Source: a virus
Reading direction: 5' to 3' (one strand)
DNA length: 64,000 nt
Virus record (IMG/VR): IMGVR_UViG_3300044470_000095
Span: 5,624-69,623 of that record
The position numbers and the translations under genes are program-made. Shown one piece after another: positions 47,352-57,200 of this stretch. The notes under the pieces are model-generated. The model saw nothing but the letters and a program-made list of their open reading frames with translations, was not told the origin of the DNA and made no database searches. Numbering within the stretch: position 1 is the stretch's first letter; each line of letters opens with the position of its first letter.

Positions 47352-47821
47352 CACCGCAACAGCAAAACGATTTCATCGCCAGCTTAGTCCCTGGCGCACA
47401 GGCTGCGCAGAAAAAATGGGGCGTGTTTGCGAGCGTATCCATCGCACAGGCCATTTTCGAGTCGGCGTGGGGCACGAAAGCACCTGGCAATAATCTGTAC
47501 GGTATTCAGGCATTCAACTGGCCTGGCGCGACAGTAATGGAATCGACGCACGAATACGTGCATGGCGTCGATACGCCGGAACAGGAAAAGTTTCGCGCCT
47601 ATCCAAGCTCAGCGGAAAGCATCGCCGATCATGCCGCCTTTCTTGCAAACAACGGCAAGCCTACGCGTTATTTCGCCGCGCTGAATGCTGCCGATGGACC
47701 TAGTCAGGCAATCGCCATTGGTGCGGCTGGCTACAGTACCACACCGGGATACGGTCAGATGATCGCCAACGAAATCAAGGCGCGCAATTTACAGCAGTAC
47801 GACGTACATCAACCCACTTAA
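47348..47821 (+). CDS. Endolysin, GH73 glucosaminidase (FlgJ-like)
   Basis: AQAIFESAWG..NNLYGI..THEY..FRAY...GYSTTPGY. Confidence 0.9.
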   Translation: MTPQQQNDFIASLVPGAQAAQKKWGVFASVSIAQAIFESAWGTKAPGNNLYGIQAFNWPGATVMESTHEYVHGVDTPEQEKFRAYPSSAESIADHAAFLANNGKPTRYFAALNAADGPSQAIAIGAAGYSTTPGYGQMIANEIKARNLQQYDVHQPT

Positions 47822-47833
47822 AAGGATTTCAGC

Positions 47834-48145
47834 ATGTCTACAGTAACCGTAACAATCGCCGTCGCAGCTTCACAATTTCCGGCATCAACAACCACGTCCG
47901 GCACAGTAGTAACGCTTGTCGCTCCCGCAGGCGCTACCGTCATTCCCCCGCAAACTCTTGCGGTTGGCGTGGATACCGCAACATTTGCCAACGTACAGGA
48001 CGGCACAGGCTACACCGTCACGGCGCAAGCATTGGACGGCGCGGGCGCATCTCTCGGTGCGCAGATCGTATCGGCACCATTCGATGTTCTCGCGCCCAAA
48101 GTGGAAATCGCAATCCCGCAAACTATCACCGTAACGGTATCGTAA
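47834..48145 (+). CDS. Ig/FN3-like small protein
   Basis: ATFANV..G.GYTVTAQALD. Confidence 0.6.
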   Translation: MSTVTVTIAVAASQFPASTTTSGTVVTLVAPAGATVIPPQTLAVGVDTATFANVQDGTGYTVTAQALDGAGASLGAQIVSAPFDVLAPKVEIAIPQTITVTVS

Positions 48146-48250
48146 TGCGCCGGGTAGCGCATTGGTGGCGCGCATGGCGCTGTCGTCGAAAGACGGTCGC
48201 CATTGCTCTGCCTACTGCTTTCCACATCCACATTTCAAAGTGAGGAAACC

Positions 48251-48487
48251 ATGTTCTGGAATTACATCGCCTACGGTTTTTTGATTCTCGTCTACGCGGC
48301 ATTCGCCTGGGTCGGGAAGGCTCCGGTCGGGGGGTTGATCGCCGTCATTACCGGCGCACTGGCTGCGCTCGGAGCCAATCATGCAATCACGTCTGCGGCG
48401 AATCGCGCAACCGACGCGGCCAATATCGCAAATCCTGTGCCGCCGCAGAATGTCGCGGCAGCACCAACAACCGTCACAAAGGGATAG
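48251..48487 (+). CDS. Holin-like protein with two TM segments
   Basis: GAGG RBS; two hydrophobic segments. Confidence 0.6.
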   Translation: MFWNYIAYGFLILVYAAFAWVGKAPVGGLIAVITGALAALGANHAITSAANRATDAANIANPVPPQNVAAAPTTVTKG

Positions 48488-48489
48488 CC

Positions 48490-48768
48490 ATGAAATATCA
48501 CCACACAGTCTATCTGCCAGCACTGGCAATCATTCTTGCTCTTGCCTGGCTGCTGTCTGGCTGCGCAAGCATGTGCGATCCGAACGACGTTCAATGCAAG
48601 CAGGACGCCGTGAGTGACGCTGCTGACGTTGGCGCGGGCATCGGTGCGGCTCTTGATGTCATGTCGATTCTTGATGCGCCTAACGAGCCGACGCGCACCG
48701 AAACGCGCACATGCACTACTGATTTTTGGGGCAATCAAAATTGCACCGTAACCGTCGAAAGACACTAA
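48490..48768 (+). CDS. Lipoprotein
   Basis: LSGC lipobox. Confidence 0.65.
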   Translation: MKYHHTVYLPALAIILALAWLLSGCASMCDPNDVQCKQDAVSDAADVGAGIGAALDVMSILDAPNEPTRTETRTCTTDFWGNQNCTVTVERH

Positions 48769-48777
48769 GGGGATACC

Positions 48778-49158
48778 ATGAACAAACGTAACTTGATTAT
48801 CAGCGCCGCCATTGCCGGACTGCTTGCCGTATCGCTCACCGGCTGCGGAACCGTCAACGCGTGGAACGCAACTGCACTCACCACCGGCATGTCGGACTAT
48901 GCCGGGGCAAAAAAGAACACGCAAGAGCTTGACGATATCAAGCTTCGCGGTTGGCTGGACGGTTCGTGCGCGATTAACATAGGGGCGTTGCAACGGATTT
49001 CCAGCACGTCGGGAAGCCCGAATGCAGTTAATGCTGTATTCATGGCCTGCCCGGTCCCCAATGTCGGGGTGACGACGATCCTGCCGAGTGGAAACATGTC
49101 GGTGCAGACTACCGCGATTCAGCCAGCCGCCGCCATTCCTGCCGTACCCGCAAAATGA
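48778..49158 (+). CDS. Lipoprotein (possible spanin-like)
   Basis: LTGC lipobox. Confidence 0.7.
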   Translation: MNKRNLIISAAIAGLLAVSLTGCGTVNAWNATALTTGMSDYAGAKKNTQELDDIKLRGWLDGSCAINIGALQRISSTSGSPNAVNAVFMACPVPNVGVTTILPSGNMSVQTTAIQPAAAIPAVPAK

Positions 49159-49808
49159 TTTCACGTCAATACGCCGCGTGGCTGGCATTAATCAAGATTT
49201 ACGATGATGGTAGCCGCGCCAATTATTTCGATCATATTTTGAATATCGGTGACGATATCGTCGGCATCAAGACCATCGCAGATACCTTCACAATCACACC
49301 GGAAGGGACATACGACTGGCAAGGCTGGGAAGATGATGCCAATTTCATTCCTATCAACCATTCAGTATGGGGTGGCGTCCACGGCGAGTTTCTGGAAGCA
49401 GCGCAAGCTATCTATGCGGTCGTCAAGCCGCTTGCGCTTGCTTCAGGTAAGGACATAGCCATTCAAGGTCACTCGCGTGCTGGGAGCCTCGCTGACGCGC
49501 TGGCATCGCTGTTTGCGCTCGACGGCCACAAGACCACGCTGTCCATGTTTGAAGCGGCTCGATTCGGCTGGCAGAAATACTCGGATTGGGCGCAGCGGCA
49601 GGTCAAGAACCGTGTCATCAACATCGTCACTTCAACGCGCAACGGGCCGGATTTTATCGTCGATTTGCCGCCGTTTCCGTGGGTAGCGACGTATCCGCAA
49701 CTGGATTTGAAATATGCGCCGGGCGGTTTGAAAGACGCTATCCCGACCGAATGGCACATGTCGGACGCGGTATATCCTGGCTATCTCAAGTTGTTCCCGC
49801 AGACATGA
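49155..49808 (+). CDS. Class 3 lipase-like alpha/beta hydrolase
   Basis: GT..W..D, GVHGEF, GHSRAG nucleophile elbow, N..DFIVDLP, terminal H..Y. Confidence 0.8.
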   Translation: MISRQYAAWLALIKIYDDGSRANYFDHILNIGDDIVGIKTIADTFTITPEGTYDWQGWEDDANFIPINHSVWGGVHGEFLEAAQAIYAVVKPLALASGKDIAIQGHSRAGSLADALASLFALDGHKTTLSMFEAARFGWQKYSDWAQRQVKNRVINIVTSTRNGPDFIVDLPPFPWVATYPQLDLKYAPGGLKDAIPTEWHMSDAVYPGYLKLFPQT

Positions 49809-49914
49809 TTTTATTCGCCTTGCTCTGGTATTTCCCTATGTTCGCCTTCGCCTACTTCCAGCCGAATAAACACTCCGACAAAAAGACAGAACAGCGGCAA
49901 AGCGATGCACCAGA

Positions 49915-50310
49915 TTAGTAGGAATGTCGTGGCGCTGATTCATCCGGCGCGGTTTCTTCGCCAAATAAATCAGCGGTAAATTCGTCTTTTCCAGGCGGTA
50001 TCGGTTGACCTGCAGGAATAAAAGCCGTGCAGCATGGTTGTCCATCTTTCCCATATTGCCATTCAATCGGATATTCCGGTTCGTCTACTCGGTATGCAAA
50101 CGTGTTTCCGATAATCTTGCAAACCTCGTTATCATCGCACTCATCGAACTCAACTCCTTCGCGTATAGATTTATCTCTTGCGCATTCGCCGCACCAACTA
50201 TTGATGAAAATCTCGCCTTCAGTGCCATTGGAAGGCTGATATTTTTTGCCGACGCATGACCCTTCTACAATCAATGTAGCAAAGTCTGGTGGATATATTT
50301 TATGCGGCAT
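49915..50310 (-). CDS. Conserved Cys-containing phage protein
   Basis: YQPSNGTEGE.F..WC..C...PCCTAF. Confidence 0.75.
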   Translation of the reverse strand: MPHKIYPPDFATLIVEGSCVGKKYQPSNGTEGEIFINSWCGECARDKSIREGVEFDECDDNEVCKIIGNTFAYRVDEPEYPIEWQYGKDGQPCCTAFIPAGQPIPPGKDEFTADLFGEETAPDESAPRHSY

Positions 50311-50716
50311 GGCCTTCCCCATTCGGAGCGGTTGCTGCGAGCGCAGACTCACATGATTGTAGTGTTGTTGCGCATTCAATAAAATGGCCTCTCCGAGATT
50401 CCAAATATACGGCTGTGCTACCATCTTTCGTTTGCGCTACCAATGTAATAACTTTCATTGATCCGGCTAAAGCTTCGCGCAGCACTCGCACCTGTTCCTG
50501 CAACTTCGCAACTTGTGGATCGGGTGCGCGGTCATTCCATTGCTTGATAGCGTCCACGGTATTCACAGAGTGCCCGGCAGGCTTCGCGCTATCAGCCTTC
50601 GCAACCTCGAATTTAACCCCGCAGTTGCAGGCAATATTCATCCAGCGATGTGTGTCACCTTCGGAAAAGTAAATTTCCTTGCCCTTGCACATCGGGCATT
50701 CACGCAGTTTGCTCAT
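50300..50716 (-). CDS. Lar-like restriction alleviation zinc-finger protein
   Basis: LRECPMC...CNC...AIKQWNDR. Confidence 0.7.
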   Translation of the reverse strand: MSKLRECPMCKGKEIYFSEGDTHRWMNIACNCGVKFEVAKADSAKPAGHSVNTVDAIKQWNDRAPDPQVAKLQEQVRVLREALAGSMKVITLVAQTKDGSTAVYLESRRGHFIECATTLQSCESALAATAPNGEGHAA

Positions 50717-50769
50717 TATTTCCCTCCTTCGCATGCGCTTGCAACAGGGTGCGCAGATTCAAACATGTA

Positions 50770-51168
50770 TCATGCGATAGCTCCACCATTAAGAAGCCAC
50801 CGCATTCTTTCAAGGCTTGGAATTTCTTCTGAGTTTGGGAATGGAATAATTTTTGACGCTTTCACGCTTACAGGCATCCCATCCTTTCTAAATTTTACAA
50901 CCCCAATTACTTCAACTCTTTTGTTGAAATTTCTATGTGCAATATCCAAATATTCAATTGGTATTTCACATGATACCGATCTATTATCAATCACATCATA
51001 AACAACAAATTTTGATCCATTATGGGTGGTTAAAATCTCAAGCCTACCCTCAACAGAACTTTCTGCCTCATGCGACGGGGATAATATATACCCAGTTGCC
51101 TCGATCTGTAGGATGTCACGCAGCATGCGAGCATCCTCCACATCCAGTACGAAATTAATGTCACTCAT
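50770..51168 (-). CDS. Probable chimeric protein with an OB-fold-like C-terminus
   Basis: SVEGRLE..FVVYD..VSC..KRVEV.G.V...G.P; locally AT-rich. Confidence 0.55.
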   Translation of the reverse strand: MSDINFVLDVEDARMLRDILQIEATGYILSPSHEAESSVEGRLEILTTHNGSKFVVYDVIDNRSVSCEIPIEYLDIAHRNFNKRVEVIGVVKFRKDGMPVSVKASKIIPFPNSEEIPSLERMRWLLNGGAIA

Positions 51169-51556
51169 GATTGCCTTTCTGCTGCGCCACGAGAGCGCGG
51201 ATTTTTCCCAATACTTCAGCATAAATATGCCGCCGCCCTTCTAAGGGGATTGCCGATAACCCTTCATCCATTTCGACAAACAGAGCGTTAATCGCAGCAT
51301 CCCGTTCCGCATTCAACTTATCCGCCTCATGCTCGGCTGGTTGCTCGATAGGCGCGCGGTCGGGTGGTAATTTATCCAACAAACTCGCAATCGTCTTTTG
51401 CGAAGTCTCAATCATTGCGCACAGAGTATCAACCGCTGTTCTGAGTCCGGTAACGACATAATCATCGTCAATGCAGTCGGCACAATCTTTCATCATCTCG
51501 GCTTGGGTCTTCGGATTTTTTGTGCTTGCTCCACAGTTCATTGTGCAGTGTTTCAT
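51161..51556 (-). CDS. Hypothetical protein
   Basis: Coupled ORF with RBS. Confidence 0.6.
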   Translation of the reverse strand: MKHCTMNCGASTKNPKTQAEMMKDCADCIDDDYVVTGLRTAVDTLCAMIETSQKTIASLLDKLPPDRAPIEQPAEHEADKLNAERDAAINALFVEMDEGLSAIPLEGRRHIYAEVLGKIRALVAQQKGNHE

Positions 51557-52077
51557 TTTCTCTCCTTTAGGTTTGTATAAACAATCGCATGAACAACCAA
51601 ATAGAAATCCTGCAAGACGATCAACTCGGTTTCTGCGTCAGGTGTATAGCTACTTTCTGCCTCAATCAGCAAGTCGCGTAGAGCATCAAATGCCTTGCGC
51701 AACTCAAATACCTTATTGTCATTCGCAAAGCAATACGGGCATGGTTCCGCTATAGCTGCGTTGTAACATAGCAGACCGTAGGCATCCATATCATTGTAAT
51801 CAAAGTAGGCTGGCCCAGCCACTGGAGAACGATCGGCCTCGTTAGGAACTGGCGGGAGTTTCATTCTGCACGCTCTGGCAGAATAATATTTGGCATCATA
51901 CGCTTTGCTGGTTTTCAAGTCATTGTCCACGGTATCATCTACGAACATCCTAAACAGTTCAGCCGTTTTATCCGACTTTTTATTTTCACTGTACGACTCA
52001 CTGTCAGCTTGCTGCCAGTATGTTTGGCCTAGCTGAAATGCGTATTTCAGTGCTGCGCGTAATTGATTCTCAGTCAT
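51553..52077 (-). CDS. Hypothetical protein (mosaic)
   Basis: LGQTYWQQADSESY N-terminal module. Confidence 0.6.
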   Translation of the reverse strand: MTENQLRAALKYAFQLGQTYWQQADSESYSENKKSDKTAELFRMFVDDTVDNDLKTSKAYDAKYYSARACRMKLPPVPNEADRSPVAGPAYFDYNDMDAYGLLCYNAAIAEPCPYCFANDNKVFELRKAFDALRDLLIEAESSYTPDAETELIVLQDFYLVVHAIVYTNLKERK

Positions 52078-52502
52078 GGATTCCTCCCTGCACAGGTGCA
52101 CCAAAACTCTTTCGCAACACGCCCAGCTTCCACGATTGAAAACCACGACAACCCTTCTTCGTAAGCATCTTCCATAGCTGAAAGCATATGCCGCTCCCGT
52201 TCCTGCGCTTCATCTAGCGGCTGCGGGGATACCTTCGGGAGAGCGTCGTAGATCGCATCAAATATTGCCCTCATTGAGTGAATGGACATCTTTGCCAGCA
52301 TCGAATCATCGAGTGTCTTTGCGTGATAAATTGCCCATGCAGTATCATGAAACTCTGCCCTGGAAAGCGACGTGCAACATGCGACAATGGCTGGTGGCTG
52401 CGCTACCGTTGTCGGGCAGGATAATGTAGGCGCTCCAGATAACCCGCGCACTTCCGTCGCATCCTTCAGTGATTCCGGTAATTCAATCAGTTTGTTATCC
52501 AT
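52074..52502 (-). CDS. Hypothetical protein
   Basis: GAGG RBS; coupled. Confidence 0.55.
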   Translation of the reverse strand: MDNKLIELPESLKDATEVRGLSGAPTLSCPTTVAQPPAIVACCTSLSRAEFHDTAWAIYHAKTLDDSMLAKMSIHSMRAIFDAIYDALPKVSPQPLDEAQERERHMLSAMEDAYEEGLSWFSIVEAGRVAKEFWCTCAGRNP

Positions 52503-52667
52503 TTTTAGCCTCGTTCCAGATTTTTAATTCGTATTCGGCAAGTAGAGAGGAAATCTCCTTATCCCTCTTCGATTGCTTCCTCTTGCAGTCGTTTGGATTC
52601 GTTGATATGGGCGTCGATTTCGGCTTCGCTGATTACCGGGTAACGGTTGGATGGGTTAGACATTTTA

Positions 52668-52937
52668 CTAACCTATTTTCACATAAGGGAAAAGATCAGG
52701 GAATTTTTTTATGCGATTGATAAAAAACGATCCAACAGATTCGGCATTCTTGAATTGCCCGAATTCGTCTTCCGTAAAATTGGCGTAATGATAAAGCGAT
52801 CCCGGAGATCCGTCTTTCTTGTCCGGGAATTGCACGGCCAGCGTGTTGGTTGCCAAGTCGTGGCCGATACTCTTTACTTGACTGCTAACGACTTCGATCA
52901 TGTCAAATGTCGGGCGTTGCTTGATTTCGTTATCCAT
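52668..52937 (-). CDS. KTSC-domain protein
   Basis: VSSQVKSIGHD..TLAVQF..LYHY..F.NAESVGSF. Confidence 0.85.
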   Translation of the reverse strand: MDNEIKQRPTFDMIEVVSSQVKSIGHDLATNTLAVQFPDKKDGSPGSLYHYANFTEDEFGQFKNAESVGSFFINRIKKFPDLFPYVKIG

Positions 52938-52957
52938 GATGTGAATCTCCAATGTTG

Positions 52958-54688
52958 TTAAGCTGCGGATTTGATGGTCTTCGCCGCGACAGTTTGAATA
53001 TGCCGAATGATCGCTGCGTAGATGCTTGACAGGTCTGTTTCGTAGTATAGCTTCGCATTCTTTTGTTGAACTGCGGAAAAGCCAAGCCGGTTAAGAAAAT
53101 CAGCAGTCACCATGAAGCCAAGTTCGGTATTGATGTTGCCGAGATTGACCAATGCCGATGACTTCGACGCATTGACAGTGCGCGGGGCCGAAGTCCCGTA
53201 AAACGATTGACGAATTTGCGCCGGCGCAACTGCATCGATTGCCTGGGCAAACGTAACGGGAGCGATTGCCACTTCGATAGATTGATTGGCAATCACTTGC
53301 GCAGCAACCTCAGCGTCGGCCCTTTCCTTGGCTTCCGCTGCTGCCTTTGCCGTTGCTTTATCTTCCACTTCCTTTTGAATCTTGACGCGCAATGACTCCA
53401 ATTCGTCGGCCTTGGTTTTCTTATGCGCATCGATGCGAGTAGTCACAATCAATTGAAAGTCATCCATCGGCTTCACAATGATTTGCGACAAGTCGGCGAA
53501 CAGGAGCCCAAATCCCGCTGATGTTTCCTTGTACCATGCGAGCTTTGCACGAATATCCTTTGCTGATAAATCAGCGGCAATCTTGCCATTTGCCATTGCC
53601 GTATCGACGGCATCCTGCCAGCCCTTAATGGACTTCTTGCCCTTCATTGCTACCGCGAAGTCTGGCGCTAGGACAGTGATTCGTATTGGGATCGTTTCAA
53701 GTTCAAGCGCTGCAATATGTTCGGCGTATTCCGTTTTGGCTTTATTGAAAATTGCCAGCCGACGGACTTCGGTTTCACGTTCGACGACTTTTTCGCGATC
53801 CAATGCGGCCAAGCGAAATTCTTCTTTCCACAAATCAATCTGTGCAGCAGCTTCGCCGATAGTTACAGTTTGCGAAAGCATCGCTTGTTTGACCATCTCC
53901 AATTTTTCGACGGCCTCGCGACAGGTCTTCCCGGCCTCTTTTGCATTTGCGAAATCCTGGTCAGTTACCGGCGTGGTTTTGATGGATGCAAGGAACGCGG
54001 TTTTAGCGGCTCCGAACGCCTCAATGTTATTCGTCGTCACTTCTCCTCGCGCTTGAATGAAAAGAGCGGGGAGGGCCATTGTCGGCTCTGCTTGCGGCTT
54101 TTCAGCAATGACGGTCGGAACGTACACGGCCAAATCTTTTTCAAATTGCGCCCAGCCAGCACGAAGCCGATCAAACCAGGCTTCATCCGGCAAAACGTCC
54201 ATATAGACCATCTTTCCAGGAGTGCCATCGGACACAGTGAAAACTACCCTCTTCGCACCAGTTATCATAAGGATCTGCTGGCACTGAGGCATAAACTCTT
54301 CGGGGAGTTCGCCGGCCGATACGGATGCCACAAGTTTTTCGTTCCATTGCTTATGCTCGAATGCGTCTTCTTCAGACATAGTTAGGCCATCACACGATGC
54401 CGATAATTTTCCATCGGAGCAAGTTACCGGATACAGGTCGTCGCCGATTACGGTTGCCTCTATGATCGGGCGCGCCATCGCTTCAACTTCATGTCCGTAA
54501 TCGAGAATATTGCTTTGGATCCAATCGCTGAACTCTTTAGCTATGCCGCAATGCTTCATGCGCAGAAGTTCGGATCGTTTCACTTTCGATGAAATGCCTA
54601 ACATCGCGGCTGCTTCGCTAGCGCCGAAATGATTCAAGCGGAATTGATGCCATTCCGGCGACCCTTGCATAAGGTTGTGAATTTTCAT
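52958..54688 (-). CDS. YqaJ/lambda-exonuclease-family recombinase with a coiled-coil extension
   Basis: QGSPEW..R..FGASE, GHEVE, SASCDG, FEHK, QCQQ. Confidence 0.9.
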   Translation of the reverse strand: MKIHNLMQGSPEWHQFRLNHFGASEAAAMLGISSKVKRSELLRMKHCGIAKEFSDWIQSNILDYGHEVEAMARPIIEATVIGDDLYPVTCSDGKLSASCDGLTMSEEDAFEHKQWNEKLVASVSAGELPEEFMPQCQQILMITGAKRVVFTVSDGTPGKMVYMDVLPDEAWFDRLRAGWAQFEKDLAVYVPTVIAEKPQAEPTMALPALFIQARGEVTTNNIEAFGAAKTAFLASIKTTPVTDQDFANAKEAGKTCREAVEKLEMVKQAMLSQTVTIGEAAAQIDLWKEEFRLAALDREKVVERETEVRRLAIFNKAKTEYAEHIAALELETIPIRITVLAPDFAVAMKGKKSIKGWQDAVDTAMANGKIAADLSAKDIRAKLAWYKETSAGFGLLFADLSQIIVKPMDDFQLIVTTRIDAHKKTKADELESLRVKIQKEVEDKATAKAAAEAKERADAEVAAQVIANQSIEVAIAPVTFAQAIDAVAPAQIRQSFYGTSAPRTVNASKSSALVNLGNINTELGFMVTADFLNRLGFSAVQQKNAKLYYETDLSSIYAAIIRHIQTVAAKTIKSAA

Positions 54689-54696
54689 AATATTTC

Positions 54697-55548
54697 CTAT
54701 TCCGGCACGTAAGTATCATCGAAGTCAGCATCGACAACATCATCGATAACCGGCGATTCCCACGACTTGATTTCCGACTTTTGCGATTCAGTCAAAGGCG
54801 CTTTGGAGTCCAAGAACACGATCAGCGTATCGATCGTCTTTTTCTTCGTTTCGATCAACTTGCGCCACGTTTCCTTGTTCGCGTCGAACTTTTCTGACGC
54901 TAGGAATTCCGGCTTTTTGACCTCTGCGTTCACTTCCTGCTTTGGTGTAATATCAACTTCGCCGATGTCGAATGTCTTACCTTCCATTTCGTCAGCGGTC
55001 GGCGCGCTGCCGGTCATTTCTGGGAATGCAATACGCAACGCTTGGGCTTGGGCGCATTTCGCAATCTGGCCGCGCGGGCGCTTTTGCCACATCGTATTTG
55101 GTGCAATCGACTTTTCTTTGCCGCCTTTTACAGCATAGTTCTCGATCCAGTATTCGACAGCCGCGAACTCGGCAATTGCGCCATTCGCCATTTGGCGCTT
55201 AACAACTACTCTGCACCATTCCGGGACGTTGATTTTTGTGCGATCAAGATCAAATTCAACCATCGGGCCAAATTCCGGCTCACTGATTCCGGCGAGTTGC
55301 CCGCTGCGCGCTGCTTGTGTTCGGTATAGTCCGACTCCCGGCATGATGACATCGCGCATAGAATTTGAAGCACGATCCCACATTGGCACAATATGTACGG
55401 GCTTTTGCAGCGGGTCGAGTTTGGCGGCTCGGCAATAATCAAGAACCAATTCCACGCTACCCTTGGATGCACCTGGGTATAGGCTGTTTTGCATTACAGC
55501 GACTAAGCTGCCGGCGTCCTGTTGGGTTGTTGCAACTTCGTTTGTCAT
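54697..55548 (-). CDS. bet: Red-beta/Bet single-strand annealing protein
   Basis: YCRAAKLDPLQKPVHIVP...MWQKRPRGQIAKCAQAQALR.AFPE. Confidence 0.9.
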   Translation of the reverse strand: MTNEVATTQQDAGSLVAVMQNSLYPGASKGSVELVLDYCRAAKLDPLQKPVHIVPMWDRASNSMRDVIMPGVGLYRTQAARSGQLAGISEPEFGPMVEFDLDRTKINVPEWCRVVVKRQMANGAIAEFAAVEYWIENYAVKGGKEKSIAPNTMWQKRPRGQIAKCAQAQALRIAFPEMTGSAPTADEMEGKTFDIGEVDITPKQEVNAEVKKPEFLASEKFDANKETWRKLIETKKKTIDTLIVFLDSKAPLTESQKSEIKSWESPVIDDVVDADFDDTYVPE

Positions 55549-55590
55549 TTTATTCTCCAATTAATTATAGGTATCCGGATTTGAGTGTGT

Positions 55591-55794
55591 TTACCAACAT
55601 GGGACTGACTCCACAAGACGAGCAATCGAAATCAATATTTCTCGGAAACAAACAGGCGTTGAGTTACGAATACGAGTTTTATGCTTACCTCCGACCATTG
55701 CAAGCATTCCAATGCGCCGCGCTTTTTCGTAGCCATGTTTTGCCAAAGCAGTCGGATGAATACGTTGCTCAGTTCGGTGACGTTTTTGGGTCAT
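55591..55794 (-). pseudogene. Probable C-terminal fragment of a phage gene
   Basis: GYEKARRIG..RIRNSTP..FREILISIAR reads like a C-terminal end with no N-terminal part. Confidence 0.45.
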
Positions 55795-55836
55795 CAGATT
55801 CAGCTATCGCAATATCCAAGACGACCCGCGCATTAG

Positions 55837-56121
55837 CTAGGGCAGCGCGTGCGCTTGCTTCGCCGCATCGATCTGCTTTTGATAGAGGCGCAATTCCTTT
55901 ATCGCTTCTATATCGGAGCAACCGTTTTCCATCCATGTTATTACCGTGGACAAATCCGGCAAGTTCAACGACCCCGTTGGTTGCGTTGTAGTGGGATGCG
56001 ATTGCGCGAGCGCTTGCTTGACCGCCTCAGTTGCGTAGGCGCGCATTTGGTCGGCGTCGTATAAATCGCAAGCTAAGTAGATGGTCTTTGGCAATTCCGG
56101 CAGCGTCTTAGTGTCGTTCAT
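55837..56121 (-). CDS. Hypothetical mosaic protein
   Basis: LPELP, YDADQMRAYA and WMENGC..AIKELR modules. Confidence 0.6.
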   Translation of the reverse strand: MNDTKTLPELPKTIYLACDLYDADQMRAYATEAVKQALAQSHPTTTQPTGSLNLPDLSTVITWMENGCSDIEAIKELRLYQKQIDAAKQAHALP

Positions 56122-56135
56122 TTGATTTTCCATTC

Positions 56136-56420
56136 TTAATGATTATGTACAAACCATATAGCTTCCGCACCGGCAGTGTTGAACTTAACTAGCAGATAGT
56201 CGGTGCCAATCATTCCATGCGGGACACATTCGGACAACAATCCTTTTATTTGCAAATTGCGGGCAATCAAACATTGACCATATGATGCTGGTCCATCATA
56301 ATTTTGCGCAGAAACAAATTTAATGAAATTGGATTTCTCTTCATTTGGAACTTCTGCAGGCAATTCACACAAATATAATCTCAAAAATTTGCGTTGCGCA
56401 GAGGTCAGTTTGATTGTCAT
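56136..56420 (-). CDS. Hypothetical protein
   Basis: RBS; KLTSAQ N-terminus. Confidence 0.6.
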   Translation of the reverse strand: MTIKLTSAQRKFLRLYLCELPAEVPNEEKSNFIKFVSAQNYDGPASYGQCLIARNLQIKGLLSECVPHGMIGTDYLLVKFNTAGAEAIWFVHNH

Positions 56421-56514
56421 TTGATTTCCACCTTTCCCCGAGTAACTCGTTGACTGCTCCCTGCGTCCAATTCCTGCGCCTGGTCAGCAAGCGCTTGCAG
56501 ATTCGCTTCCGTGA

Positions 56515-57027
56515 TCATTTTCGCAACGAGATCGGCGCGGATGTATTCGATATCCGAATCCCTGAAGGGGGAATCCACCCAATCGGCTTGATCTTCATTC
56601 TCATATTCTCAGGAACCACGTCACTGCTGAAATTCAGCCAAATCCGTTCCGGCCAGGTATTAATCGCAGAAACCTCGCCGCGACCATCTTCCACCACGTT
56701 GCCAAGAGTCGCATGATCGTATTCGGTCATTCCCTTTTGAGTATCGAAACTCACATGCTTGTCTTTGAATATTTCGGGCGGTTTTTTCTTGAACTCGACC
56801 ATCGCCGCGACATAGGCTTTGCGGGCTTCGTTCGCCTCCCATGCGAGTTGCATTTGCATGAGTTTTTCAAGGCGGTCAAGATCGGCCCCGCTTTCCATCG
56901 CGTAACGCAATAGATCGCCAGGTGTTGCGGTCGTCGTGACAGCGCGCTGCTGTTGAACTGTCGGGGCCTTGTGTTGCAGTTGTTCAGTCATTTCTACTTC
57001 TTGCATTTCGATTGTTTCTTGTTCCAT
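56515..57027 (-). pseudogene. Truncated ERF-family annealase fused to unrelated fragments
   Basis: DLDRLEKLM...ARKAY..AM..F...I.KD....YDHATL, then an abrupt switch to WPERIWL. Confidence 0.7.
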
Positions 57028-57042
57028 TTGATTCTCCAAAAG

Positions 57043-57152
57043 AAAAACCCGCTTAGAACTACGCACTACTCTCTTGGAAGGGAGTGGAAAAGCCTTTCGG
57101 ATTTTCTGAATAGCACGTAGATCGAAGCGGGTTCATAGACATCCCTTCCAAG
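57043..57152 (-). promoter_or_regulatory. Attenuator-like leader with alternative pairing
   Basis: AACCCGCTT/AAGCGGGTT long stem followed by a U-tract; upstream CTTGGAAGGG complementary to internal CCCTTCCAAG; TTGACA at 57187-57192. Confidence 0.6.
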
Positions 57153-57200
57153 GATTAATGCATATTTTTGCAAACCAGCTTTCGGATGTCAAGCATTATT

